Positions 44,070 to 57,332 of a DNA stretch of 64,000 nt are shown in pieces. The stretch covers positions 31,000,001 to 31,064,000 of the forward strand of contig OZ024759.1 of the NCBI GenBank assembly GCA_964016885.1, in the 5' to 3' direction. Each line of letters begins with the position of its first letter. Position 1 is the stretch's first letter. Source of the DNA: Eledone cirrhosa. Its lineage: Eukaryota. A program made the translations under genes and the position numbers. A model generated the notes under the pieces. The model was not told where the DNA came from and ran no database searches. It worked only from the letters and a program-made list of their open reading frames with translations.

Positions 44070-44379
44070 AAACAATTCAACTGGTATCTGCTCTACTGCG
44101 GTTACAACTTCGATTTATATATATATATATAAAGAGAGAGAGAGAGAGGGGGGGGAGTGTGAGGGGGAGATATTCTTTGGTATAAATCGAAGTTGTGACC
44201 ACAGTAGGGCAGATACCTGTTGAATTGTTTGAGGCGTTCACAAAGTACTCGATGTTGCGAAAAGTATATACACAAAGTTAAGGAAAGTGTGACACCATGA
44301 ATAAACCAGGAAACAACCAGGTGTGTGTGGCCAGATTGTATAACCACAACACGTAGGAGACAAACACACTTTCTCAGCT

Positions 44380-44620
44380 TTGTATAAGAGATGGCAACAT
44401 GAATGGACCTGTTATTTTTCTCTAAATACATTTTTTCCTATTCCACTCCGCCCGTACCTTCAATCTATCTAATTTCTCATTCTTTCTTCTTATGAAGGAC
44501 TAGCGTTCGAAACGTTAAGACCCTCTTCCTGCTATTTCAAGCGTTAACCTAATATATTCCTTCCATTTACTTTCTATATGTACCGATCGTGTTGCTATTT
44601 CTGTTTACGTTTACCTTTTG
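44380..44620 (+). mobile_element. Penelope-like family B; hammerhead at 44485-44520 (core CTTATGA)
   Basis: Homologous to 16490-16714. May extend upstream to ~44185. Confidence 0.65.
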
Positions 44621-44902
44621 CATATACATATATTGTTATACTTTGGGAGGGTCATGTTGCCAATAAGAAACACACGCAGCACCAAAGTATAACAATATCG
44701 GTTTCAACACACGTTTTCAGATAAAGAATCTTGCTAAACAAATTCAGAAACGAAATATATATATATATATATATTATTATCATGGCAGGTTAGATACCAC
44801 ACTGATGATAGATGAGATAATACTCTAACCAGACTCGAGAGAGTTTACAATACGTGGCTTTAGTTAGACGAAACTAATGTGAATGTAAAATATTCTTGAC
44901 AT

Positions 44903-45222
44903 TTTACAATTAGATTTAAACTTATTATGTATTCATCTACCATTAATACAACCCATTTAGCTTTTATTGTGCATATGTCGATAATACATCACTCCATGGG
45001 TGATTTACGAGTTTATGATAATGATGGTTGCTTCGTCTGTTTTTTTTTTACGAATAGCTTTCAAATTTTAACATACTTCTTTAGTTAATTTACAATTAGA
45101 TTTAAACTTAATTTATATTCAACGTCAACTGTTACAACCCATTTAATATTAATTGTGTATTTCTGAATACTAGGTCACTGCAAAGGTGATCTGTTAGCTG
45201 ATAATAATGATGGTTCATCTGT
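44903..45222. repeat. Old tandem duplication, period 186 bp
   Basis: tttacaattagatttaaactta, tacaacccattta and gataat..gatggtt each recur. Confidence 0.75.
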
Positions 45223-45319
45223 TGGTATAGTTCTCACAAAGATCAATCAGACGTTTGAACATTTCCAGCTCTGAGTGGTTAATTGACAGCAGAGACTAGT
45301 AATGTAATATTAATTGTTT

Positions 45320-45482
45320 TAGAGGGTCGGACGCCATGCTTTCCAGCATAGTTACGTCCCTTTACGATCTGAGTTCAATTCCCGCCGAGGTTGACTTTGC
45401 CTTTCATCCTTACGGGGTCGATAAAATAAAGTACCAGTAATGCACTGGGTAATTGCTGGCCTTGTGCCTAAAGTAGAAACAA
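45320..45482 (+). mobile_element. 5'-truncated SINE with 11-bp target-site duplication
   Basis: attaattgttt occurs at 45308-45318 and 45482-45492. Confidence 0.85.
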
Positions 45483-45877
45483 TTAATTGTTTGGCTGTTT
45501 ATGTAATGATTCGTATCTCATTGGCAATCGTCTATTTTATTTGGGTAAAGAATTAGATATATTAAACTCATACGTAGACGTCTATGGTTCTAGAATTTTT
45601 TTTTCGATACGTTGACGCGTCTATGAGTTTATAGATATAAACTCACAAACACAGACACACAAAAATATACACGCACAGACATACATTCAGACAAACACAC
45701 ACATACATTTACACAAACACACATGCACATACACTCACACAGAGTAGCAAACGTAACACCAGCCTCTGTTTTGCTATAGGGCTTTCACCATCCCCTTCCT
45801 TCCTTTTTTTTACACACATACATTCACACAATCGCACACATTATCTTAGATAATGACCGAAAGAATTCGATCGCGAA

Positions 45878-46022
45878 TAGACCTCGAGCAAGATGGTTGG
45901 ATAACTTCCATGAGCTTGCCTGGTCTCGCTTGAGAATCCAGCCAGATTAGTTGCTTCTGACAGGACCCGCTGGAAAGAGTGTTTGAGGACTCTTCCCCCA
46001 CGACCCTCTCAGGAAGATGCAG
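45878..46022 (+). mobile_element. RTE LINE 3' stub
   Basis: Homologous to 46987-47134. Confidence 0.7.
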
Positions 46023-46721
46023 AAGAATGTCCTACCTTTGCATTACAGTGGGAATTGTGAGTTAAAGGCCGAAACACTTGCTTGAGTGGGTTTCCTTCTT
46101 TGAAGATCTTCTGCTGTCCAGCTCTCATGAGAGATTCTAACAACGGGCCTTAGCACATTTCTTTTTTTTCTTTTTCTGATTCCATTTCCATGGCTATTAT
46201 GGGCTCGATGCTGTAGTGCGATACGATTGTGTGATACGACAAAGTTGAAACGAAGCTGCGATAACATTATTGCTTGAAAATTCAAAAATAATCAAATTTG
46301 TTTTGTTTATCACGGACGCTTCTGTTAAGTATTATGTATATACAAAATATAAGTAATTACATTTATATTGTAATATATTACTGTTAGGTAAATTGATATT
46401 ATATTCGTTATATAATTTCAGATATTTATCAACATATTATTTATATATTAGCTCCAACTGTATATACTTGTGTTCAGAAATATATTAGGTTTTGTTATTT
46501 GCATTTATATTCTTCTAAAACCGATTTAGTACAAAATAAATTGATAAAACAAATCAAATTAGTTTTCAAATTACTATTGATATATAGAATAAAGACAGAA
46601 CTAATAAAGCAAAAATAAATTATTTTAAACTTCACACGTATCACCTTTACCGTTCCTGACATTAGAAATTATGAAACGATAAGCAGAACATAAAGGATAT
46701 TAAGAAGTTAAATTTATATAC

Positions 46722-47134
46722 AGGCTGTGTCAAATGGGTAATGAACGAAAGAATACGACTGCGAATACAAGCGGCTGAAATGGGATTTCTCCGAAGAGTC
46801 TTTGGAGTAACGTTATTCGATAAAGTGCGTAGCTCGGAGATCAGAGAGTCACTCCAAGTAGAATCGCTACTTCTATGAATTGCGAGATCACAGCTCCGGT
46901 ACTGTGGACATGCGGTTAGAATGTCTAAAGAAAGAATCGCTGGATAGATTTTACAGGAAAAAACCAACCGGCAAAGGACCCAGGGGTAGACCCTGAGCAA
47001 GATGGTTGGATAACATCCCTGAGCTTGGCTGGTCTGGCTTGGGGTTCCAACCGGATCAGTTGGAGACGGTTGCTTCTGACACGACCCACTGGAAGGAGTG
47101 TTTGAGGACTCTGTCCCCACGAGCCACTCAGGAA
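46722..47134 (+). mobile_element. RTE-clade (Expander/Rex3-like) LINE 3' region, degenerate
   Basis: Translates WVMNERIRLRIQAAEMGFLRRVFGVTLFDKVRSSEIRESLQVESLLL*IARSQLRYCGHAVRM...PRGRP*ARWLD. Confidence 0.9.
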
Positions 47135-47432
47135 TATTTGTAATTTCTAGTTTATACATAAAAGCTCGCTTTTTTTAAATTTAATTGAGCTATGAACCAT
47201 CTGTTAAATATATGCCATGGTTAATAGACGTTAGCTATAGTCCATTTTTATTATATGTACGTGTGAGCATAAATATCAACAAACTATTTCATCTTTACAT
47301 CAATGATACGAATATATATACATTCCCTGGTAGGTAGAACCCCAAGCAAAAACTGACTTATGGTCCCAGCAGACAAAATAGCAAAATAGAGAAAAAAATA
47401 TTACCCCGGAAGATAGGTAGGGAAATGTATAG

Positions 47433-47549
<117 letters not shown>

Positions 47550-47594
47550 CATATGTATATATATACATATTTACACATATATACATATATATAT

Positions 47595-47674
<80 letters not shown>

Positions 47675-48448
47675 GCGCGTGTGTAGTCATATGTTTACGT
47701 TTCTTTAGTTTCTTTAGTTTCTTTGAGTTATAGGCATTATTTAACATGTTTAGTGAATCTTAGCTCAAATTCAAAATTACATCCAGCGCTGCAGAGCTTT
47801 CTTTTTAAATTAAATTATTTGATAATTCTTTTAATGGAAGACTTTTTATTATTAATGTAAATATGATAAACATTATTTATTATTTGGTACACATTATGTA
47901 CAAAACAAGCCTTCACCGCCTCCGCAAATAATATAATAAAATATAACAGGAATAAATAACCTCATATAAAAATATTCTACAGAGCTCTGTGAAGATAAAA
48001 CAACACTAGAAATATATATGTTGTAAATATAAACAATTCTTAAAGAACATTGCTCCAAACATAATAAAAACACTGGCGTGTGATATGACACGCAGTAGTA
48101 TCTCACATGAGAATGTCGGGACCAATTCATAAATCGTGCGAAACCATTTTGCTGGTTTCAGAGCTGATGGCGGTGAAGATGTGTGTGTGTGTAAACTTGT
48201 CTTGTACATCGCCTTCCTTTATTTCCTTCTTCCGGTGACTTGTATACGCCAACACACTTCTCCTTGTCCTTCCCCTCTTTCAATTTTGTGTATATTTCAT
48301 CTGCCTGTCACCCAATTTGTGGGTTGCCTCACTGTCAACCACTGGTCGCTGGTCTCTGTCCTCTGAGGCATTTTTGCCCATCGCTGCCTTTGACAGCATT
48401 TAGCTGTTTTAATGGCTGTTCTAGCGATGACCTTTCTCATTTGTATGA

Positions 48449-48640
48449 TAATTGTTTTTTACTTTGGCACAAGGCCAGCAATTACCCTAGTGCATTACTG
48501 GTACTTTATTTTATCGACACTGTAAGGATGAAAGGTAAAGTTAACCTCGTCGGGATTTGAACTCAGACCATAAAGGGCCGTAACTCTATGCTGCAAAGTA
48601 TGGTGTCCGACTCTCTACCGATACTGCCAATCCACCTCCC
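48449..48640 (-). mobile_element. tRNA-derived SINE (Meta-like core)
   Basis: Full A box, B box, core and tail. Confidence 0.85.
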
Positions 48641-49406
48641 TTATAGTAATAATAGTAATGACAATAATAAAACCAACAAAAGTATTGAACAATATATGAC
48701 TGATGTGATAAAATATATGAAATTAAACAAAGAAAAATGAATGCAAAAGAAATGATGGAATGTTTTGTACCTTTATTGATCTCTAACTCATATAACTAAT
48801 GTATTACACGTATCGAGTATCACGTGTAAACAAACTAACAGAGCTAACTCCGTATAAACCCAAGTTTGAATTAGCTTTCACTCACAAAATATGACAGGAA
48901 ATACAAATAAGTGGTTTTTGTATTTTTTTTCAACATGAGATTATAAAAGAAATGTTTATTTGAAATGTCATGAAAAGAAATGAGAGAGAGAGAATATATA
49001 ACTATGAAAAATTGTATGTAGAAAATTCAAGGTCACCAGAAACTGATAATCTATTACGCGCTGAAAAATATCAAAATCTAAATTATTTATCTAAAACATG
49101 GTCAGGTTTATGCATATCAATAAATCAGAAAAGACTTGAATGGATACAAGTGTTCGCAATATATGCATAATTTACTTTTTACATCTCATAGCTACTAAAG
49201 CTATAGCAGGAAGTATATAAACGAATCGGAAGGAAAAATACATATGCTGGACAGAATCATGAGAAACATATTTGGCATAAGGAAATATTTGTCAAATTTC
49301 CAATCGTCCATCACTAAAGTTTGTACACTGAAGAAAACACAAACATCTGTAAATGAAATGTGGATTTTAACCAACCGGATTTAATCTTAGATAAATTTAC
49401 CGAAGC

Positions 49407-49690
49407 GTGGTGTGAAGCGACTGAGAGCACATGACTCCCCACAGGAGAGGACGCTAGTCTATCACAGGATTAAAGTATGTCTCAAGTGACCAGAGACTTA
49501 TCAAGACGATGCTCATCGTGGTTCCATGGTGTGAAGCAACTGAGAGTATATGACACGCCACAACACAGGACGTTAGACTATCACAGGGTTAAAGTATGTC
49601 TCAAGTCACCAGAGAGTCATCAAAGCTATGCTCATCCTGATTCCCGTGATGTAAAGCGACTGAGAGTAAATAACTTCTCACGGGACAGTT
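49407..49690. repeat. ~120-bp tandem repeat, about 2.3 copies
   Basis: tgtgaagc.actgagag at 49411, 49530 and 49650. ctatcacagg.ttaaagtatgtctcaagt occurs twice. Confidence 0.8.
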
Positions 49691-49724
49691 TTGATTTTTT
49701 TTGGTGGGAATATATGTGTCTACC

Positions 49725-49784
<60 letters not shown>

Positions 49785-49845
49785 ATGCTTTGTGGGGTCA
49801 TGTTGCCAATAAGAAACACACGCATATATATATATATATAGTACA

Positions 49846-49952
<107 letters not shown>

Positions 49953-51569
49953 ATAAATTTATTCCCTCGGTGTTTCTTACGTACGAAAGTTCGATCTTCA
50001 CACACAATATAAAATGCTTTATAGTGAGATTTGATTGCTAGACAAACATGGAATTAAATGGAAGATTTTTACGATACGTACTACATTGATTCTCTCAGAG
50101 GGAATAAACCATTTAGTTTGAAAATTATATCTAGTGACTATAATCTAATTCCTAAACGAATTAATATAGTTTGAAAAATTAAATAACTATTTTCACGTTG
50201 ACATAAATGTGTTTGCTTGAAATATTATTAGCCAAAAAATACACATTAAGTTAATTTTATGGACGTTAAACCGAATTAAATAAAATTGTGAGAGGTGGTG
50301 ATATTAAATAGAGAGTAATGATGGGAAGGATAGTGTTTGTTACTCGAGGACAATAACAGCCGTCTAATTTATTATGTAGCATTAAGGGTGGTATTAAATT
50401 TCGAAATTATTCTTGTGAAATTTAATAAAACAATGCTATACACATTAGGTAATTATATAACGATATTCAAAAAGAAAAGAATAATACATGAAATAAATAA
50501 TATGATGCTAGTGCATAGAATGAATACTGTAAACTGATGTAGTGATGTGAAATAGTAAAAAAGCTTATGCGCCATTGTTCGCCTATGAACAGTAGCAAGC
50601 TGGACCCGTGGAAATTGTGAAATAGTTAAAACTTATGCGCCGTTGTTCGGATATGAATAGCAGCTTCCGACGTGCAAAATGTAAAGAGCTGGAACAAAGA
50701 TTACGAAAGATTTGTCTGTAGCTCTACCGACTCATAACAAAAACAATACCTTTGTTCTCTTAACTATATTGATACCGACGGTTATTTTTTTAACACAAAT
50801 TAATATTCTGTATAATATATTCCATGTCAAAGAAAATATTGAAGTGGAAAATATAGTGAGAAATGTTTTTGTCGTTTTTAAAAGAAAATCTGTGTTTGAC
50901 ACAGTATTTTTGTGAGAAATATATATTCACCATTATACATAGAATATTATATTTTTGATACAGTTTGCTTGCGGGCAATCAATCATAATACTTAAGTCCT
51001 ATTGATAAAAGGATTATATTGAAATGCATTTCGGTCCAAACGTGTTAGCAATTTCAAATAAATACCATGTTATAAGAAAAAATATGAGCCAGGGTAAGTT
51101 GGAGTTTCTGTGTAATCTAGAAGACGTAGTCATTTTTACAATTGGAAGTATCACATCAGATTTAATATATATCCATATGTTCCAACCACTGTTGGAATGT
51201 GTCTTTGATAACATTACAGCTACCCACTAAAGCTAATAATCTTCTGTAAAGAGTAATGTAGTCCCAGCAAAATGTTTGCGATTAATCGTGACGGAGTTTT
51301 CATTTATGACTTAGTGTTACGATAGAGTTACTTCATATATGTCCGCGCGCATCATACCAACATGGTAATTATCTTACCAGCGGCATAGCTACATACCAGT
51401 ATAAGTACATCACATAACTATAGGAGCGTCTGATGGTGTCACATGGAGACTGTCAATGTTGTACCCATTGCATGATTATTAACCATTTCACTGAAATATA
51501 TATACAATAAAACAATTATGTATATGTATATATCTGTATATATACATATATATGTATGTATATGTGTGT

Positions 51570-51605
<36 letters not shown>

Positions 51606-51763
51606 GTGTGTGTGTATACAGTACAAGAGGTGTTCGTGTACGTGTGTTTGCCAATATATTGTCCTGCGTAGTGTGTTGCATTCATCTAATTCACCACAAG
51701 ACAATTATAATCATTTCAAATCAATTGTTAAAGATAACGCTCACCATTACCATCATTATCACA

Positions 51764-51796
<33 letters not shown>

Positions 51797-51808
51797 GTTA
51801 TTGTTATT

Positions 51809-52722
51809 CCTTGAATCTCAGTCATTGATGTTGGTTAACTGGAAAGTCCGTTGGATTGAATATCAAGCCACTACCTGCAGCCTCAGATATTCAGGACGTA
51901 TCGGAGGGTTCTTGCTGTTCCAAGCAAGCATGCCTTTTGAAGCGTTCCAAAAAGCGTGAAGGGGCCGATTTTCTTTAACCATCCCTGGAAACTTTTGGAG
52001 ATAGTCCCCAGTGCGCCTATGACAATCGGGATCACTTTGACTTCATGGCAGTTCCAAATCCTTTTCACCTCCCACTTTAGGTCCTGGTATCGGTTAATTT
52101 TCTCCCTCTCCTTCTCTTGCACTCTCGTGTCGAACGGGCAGGCCACATCCACAATCAGGCACGATCTTTTTTCTTTGTCCACAACCACCAGGTCAGGTCT
52201 ATTGTGTTCCAGTTTTTTGTCCGTCTGTATCCTAAAATCCCACAGCACCTTCACCTGATTGTTCTCCATCACCGCCTCTGGCCTATGCTCATACCATTTC
52301 TCAGAATGTGGTAGATTGTTTACTTTGCACAGGTGCCAGTGGATCACCCTGCCCATCACATCGTGTCTCCAGCCCTTATAGTGGGTCTGGGCTAGGTGTT
52401 TACACTCGGACACAATGTGAGCCACAGTCTCCTCTCTCTCTCCACAGATCCTGCACAGTGGGCTAGCCTCCTCCTTGTAGATATGGTGCTTCAACCACTT
52501 CGTTTTGAGGGCCTGCTCCTGCGCAGCCATTAGCATTCCTTCTGTAGCCTTTTTGAGGTCTCCTCTTCTCAACCAGTTCCATGTCTGTGGATCTCTAAAT
52601 TCAGTTTTCTCAAAGAAGGTACTATGAAGGGATTTTCCCTTAAGGCTGCTCTTCCTCCTTGATGTTATTTCCTCCTTGGACATCCCCTGGCCTACTGTCC
52701 CCTCCTTCAGTACAGTTCTGAG

Positions 52723-52723
<1 letters not shown>
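51809..52723 (-). mobile_element. 5'-truncated Dong/R4-like RLE non-LTR retrotransposon inserted in (TAA)n
   Basis: Open 280-aa frame with LMAAQEQALKT, CCHC knuckle CRICGEREETVAHIVSEC, RHD, RPDLVVVD..IVDVACP..EKINRYQDL and PIVIGALG. ~75-bp 3' UTR. (ATT)n at 51764-51808 and 52724-52780. Confidence 0.9.

Positions 52724-52725
<2 letters not shown>
51883..52725 (-). CDS. C-terminal zinc knuckle plus restriction-like endonuclease of a retrotransposon ORF (no RT domain)
   Basis: Uninterrupted ORF in the track. Its ATG is formed at the junction with the TAA repeat and is probably not a native start. Confidence 0.7.
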
Positions 52726-52782
<57 letters not shown>

Positions 52783-53437
52783 ATCATTTTGTGCGTTGTA
52801 TTCTTTTATAAATCACTTTTATTTGATATTCGAAATCGCAAGCATTGTTTCAATTTCGAATTCAGCTTTATTTTATATTATATTTTTTACCTTTTATTTT
52901 TTAATTGGGTATTTTATTTTATTTTATTTCATTTTATTTTATTTAAATTGTGTTCGTTTTTTTCCTAAGCATCATAAAAACATGTCTTGGAAACGCTTCC
53001 CTATTACACTCAATGTGTAATTTATGAGCTTCCTCTTGCATATTCTAATGAAAATATAGGATGTCTTCCATCTTTTTTTCTAATGGCTGTTTGTCAGATG
53101 AATGTTATTATCATGTTAACAATCTAGAATGGAGTAGTTGCCGAGTAGAAGTTTCGTTTATTAAAATATGTTAACAAACACATTATATGTTATACACTGT
53201 CGAGATAGTTAACTTCTCTATTCTTAAGTATTGTTTCTGGGAAATATTCTGTGAAATATTATTAAAGGAGTTGAAGGAAAACAATATGTCCGTACGTTAG
53301 GTTTCAAGTTTCATATAACCAATGACGACTTGAGATAGGAATTCACTTTCATGTAAAGCGTAGTTAGAGCTATATGGCTTTCAAAAATATATGATATACA
53401 CACATAAAATATATATAAATATATATGTATATATATA

Positions 53438-53475
<38 letters not shown>

Positions 53476-53476
53476 A

Positions 53477-53550
<74 letters not shown>

Positions 53551-53639
53551 ATATTTATATATATACACACACACATATATATATATATAAATCTATGTAT
53601 GTTGGTATGTATATATACACACACATATATATATTTATG

Positions 53640-53680
<41 letters not shown>

Positions 53681-53836
53681 ATAATAATAAATTTGAAGAC
53701 TAAAATCCAAAGAGGGCTCGATATATATATGTATATACAAATTAAAATGAAGAATTAGAAATAGGACTATCCATCATCAGTGATCTACTAACCATCATAG
53801 GTATTTCTTCGCATTAAAGACCAGATACCTCAGGCT

Positions 53837-53898
<62 letters not shown>

Positions 53899-53936
53899 AT
53901 ACATATTTACATTTATATATATATATCTATATATAT

Positions 53937-54124
53937 TTGTTTCTACTTTTTGGCACAAGGCCAGCAATTACCCAGTGCATTACTGGTACTTTATTTTATC
54001 GACCCCGTAAGGATGAAAGGCAAAGTTAACCTCGGCGGGATTTGAACTCAGAATGGCAAGGGCTGTAACTCTATGCGTCAAAGCACGGCGTCCGACCCTC
54101 TACCGATACTGCCAATCCACCGCC
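53937..54124 (-). mobile_element. tRNA-derived SINE, left member of a head-to-head pair
   Basis: Full-length motifs. Confidence 0.9.
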
Positions 54125-54136
54125 ATTATATATAAT

Positions 54137-54316
54137 TGTGGATTGGCATTATCGGTAGAGGGTCGGACGCCATGCTTTCCAGCATAGTTACGTCCCTTTA
54201 CGATCTGAGTTCAAATCCCGCCGAGGTTGACTTTGCCTTTCATCCTTACGGGGTCGATAAAATAAAGTACCAGTAATGCACTGGGTAATTGCTGGCCTTG
54301 TGCCTAAAGTAGAAAC

Positions 54317-54320
<4 letters not shown>
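54137..54320 (+). mobile_element. tRNA-derived SINE, right member of a head-to-head pair
   Basis: Full-length motifs. Confidence 0.9.
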
Positions 54321-54391
<71 letters not shown>

Positions 54392-54794
54392 GTATATATA
54401 TATATAACTTTATCCGTTACGGATTTTACCTGACTGCAACATATATTTCCATTACACCAAAGTAGGCCGAGAAACTCTGATAAAATGAAAACATGACATA
54501 TTTTGTGAGCTGATGTACCACAGTTCAAAGAGCATAAAGTATGTACTGCGAACACAGAATGGTCAGAGATACACATTGATATTATTTGTGTTAAAATACG
54601 AATAAACCCTTGAACCATCTTAAATTAGCTTTCTTTCTCGTCAGATAAATTTACTTCATATTTTATATGTTGTTACTAACGGAATTTTGCCGACCTAGAC
54701 ATCACTCGTCTCCACAAAATACAAATTATTTAACGCCTTTTGAAAAAATATTATTAGTTATTATAAAGAAAAAATATTATTAGTTATTATAAAG

Positions 54795-54982
54795 GGCGGT
54801 GGATTGGCAGTATCGGTAGATGGTCGGACGCCATGCTTTGACGCATAGAGTTACGGCCCTTTCCATTCTGAGTTCAAATCCCGCCGAGGTCAACTTTGCC
54901 TTTCATCCTTACGGGGTCGATAAAATAAAGTACCAGTAATGTACCGGGTAATTGCTGGCCTTGTGCCAAAAGTAGAAACAAT
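54795..54982 (+). mobile_element. tRNA-derived SINE, full length
   Basis: GGCGGTGGATTGGCAGTATCGGTAG...GAGTTCAAATCCC...AGAAACAAT. attattagttatt on both flanks. Confidence 0.9.
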
Positions 54983-55856
54983 TATTAGTTATTCAGTTTA
55001 CACGAATAACTCGCTATAACGCGTGTGGTTTATAATTTTCTTTTTTATTTATCAGAAAATTAGACTTGAATTACGCACCGCATTCACGAACACATCTTCG
55101 CGCAAGAAGCGAACACACTGTACATAGTTTTCAACAAAAATAGTAGAAAATTCATTCTCAGCTGTTTCCATAATCCTGGATGTAGGGAAAACAAATATTA
55201 CAGAAACCTTATAACAATGAAAGAATCTAAATATAAAATCTAACCAATAAGTATCGAATATTTATGAAAATTCCTAGGGATCGTATTGTATAGGTCAATG
55301 GAAAGTTAATTTAATGTACGTGGCAATACCTCTACTCTAAATTACATAGAAATCGTGTGAAATAAATATAATTCTAAGAATATCTTAGCACACAGAATAA
55401 TTACTATGAATTGGATTGGCAAAAGCTAAACCAACTACAATAGACTTATACATAAAATGGCAGCATCATGAACGTAGAATTGCCTTCGGGTTTCGCTAGT
55501 CAATGGAACATGTGATCGTATTGTTTAACATTACGTGTAAATGCAAAAGACGGAACTAACAAAACATTAGAGGAACAGGAAAATGCTAAGTAACTGAACG
55601 CACAATAGATCTCCATATATTCCAATATATTTTCCATCATCCAATGCAGACAGTAAATCAATTTAGACGACTGAATTCAGCCCAACTAACCGAAAAACCG
55701 AAACCACTTTTGTTGTAAAAACTTTGAAGTGTAACATGCAAGCTGCACTGTACGTCGAATGATGCTCAGTCTACCGATAAAAACAGAACTATTTTGTTTT
55801 TCGGTTATATGTATTACTAATGTCTTCATATATATATGCGTGTGTGTGTGTGTGTG

Positions 55857-55925
<69 letters not shown>

Positions 55926-56049
55926 GGAGGATGTTGCGTGCGTGTGCATATATTTGTCTATGAGAATATATGGGTGGGGGTGGTATATGTATGTGTGTAA
56001 ATGTATAAGTATTATGCATATATATATACATATATACATATATATGTAT

Positions 56050-56355
56050 GTAAAAAGTAAACAGAAATAACAACACAACATGGAGATGATGGTGGAGATG
56101 GTGGAGATGGTGGTGATGGTGGTAATGATGATGGTGATGGTGGTGATGATGGTGGTGGTGATGATGGTGGTACAGTATATGGAAGGAATATATTAGGTTA
56201 ACGCTTGAAATAGCAGGAAGAGGGTCTTAACGTTTCGGATATCAGTCCTTCATCAGAAGAACGAATGAGAAATAAGACAGATGGAGGGGACGTGGGCGGG
56301 TTGGAATTGGAGAAAATGTATTTACATAAAAATTACAGGTCTATTCATGTTAACA
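56050..56355 (-). mobile_element. Penelope-like family B; hammerhead at 56225-56260; tail split by a (GAT/GGT)n tract
   Basis: Minus strand: tctt-CTGATGA-a-gga(ctgata)tcc-GAAA-cgtt-aaga, with the core intact. Confidence 0.7.
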
Positions 56356-56858
56356 ACTCTCCGGGTTTAATTTTGCTTTTCATCACTCAGGTGTCGGTAA
56401 AGTAAAGTACCAGTCATGTACTGGGTGGGCAGAATTGACATAACCTTTCTCTGCACAATGGTTGTGTCCAAACTTGAACAGTCCAAACTAGAAGACAATA
56501 TATTTGCTGATAATGTTGTTATATAGACTCATATATACACAAATTTTATTATGTTAACACAAGCTATTGTTGCAGTAGTGATAAAATGTGTATTTTATAT
56601 CAGCCTTTTTTTTTATATATATAGAGCTCGGTGTACTAAAATCTAATGTCGATCCCAACGAGATTTGAAACGAGACCATAAATGGATTTGTAAATGGATT
56701 TATGTTCAGAGTTCAAAGTCTGTCGATATTAGATAATCTTTGCTTTCATGGGATCGATAGGAAAACTACCGGAATATTTCTATTTGAAATAGTTTCAATA
56801 CAATGCAGACCTCTTTTCGCCTATAAATACGTCACCTTGATTTATGGAAACAATTGGC

Positions 56859-56859
<1 letters not shown>

Positions 56860-56891
<32 letters not shown>

Positions 56892-56962
56892 GCCACCATC
56901 ATCATCATTATCATCATCATCATCATCATCATCGCCACCATCATCATCATCACCATCATCAC

Positions 56963-56996
<34 letters not shown>

Positions 56997-57332
56997 GTCA
57001 TCATCATCACCGTCACCACCATCACCACCATCACCACCATCATCACCATAATTTTATAATCACCACCATCATCACCACCATCATCACCATCACCACCATC
57101 AACACCACCATCATCACCATCATCATTACCACCATCACCACCATCTCCACCATCATCACCACCATCATCTCCATCACCACCATCATCTCCATCACCACCA
57201 TCATCACCATCACCACCATCACCACAAACATCACCACCATCATCACTATCATCATCACCACCATCACCATAAACATCACCATCACCACCATCACCACAAA
57301 CATCACCATCCCCACCATCATCACCATCATCA
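56860..57332. repeat. (CAT)n/(CAC)n low-complexity tract
   Basis: Seen directly. Confidence 0.95.

Noticed and set aside
50964-51093. Plus-strand exon with a good AG acceptor and GTAAGT donor
   Set aside because: Stops occur in all three frames, and the region is better explained as the minus-strand SLC45-like remnant.
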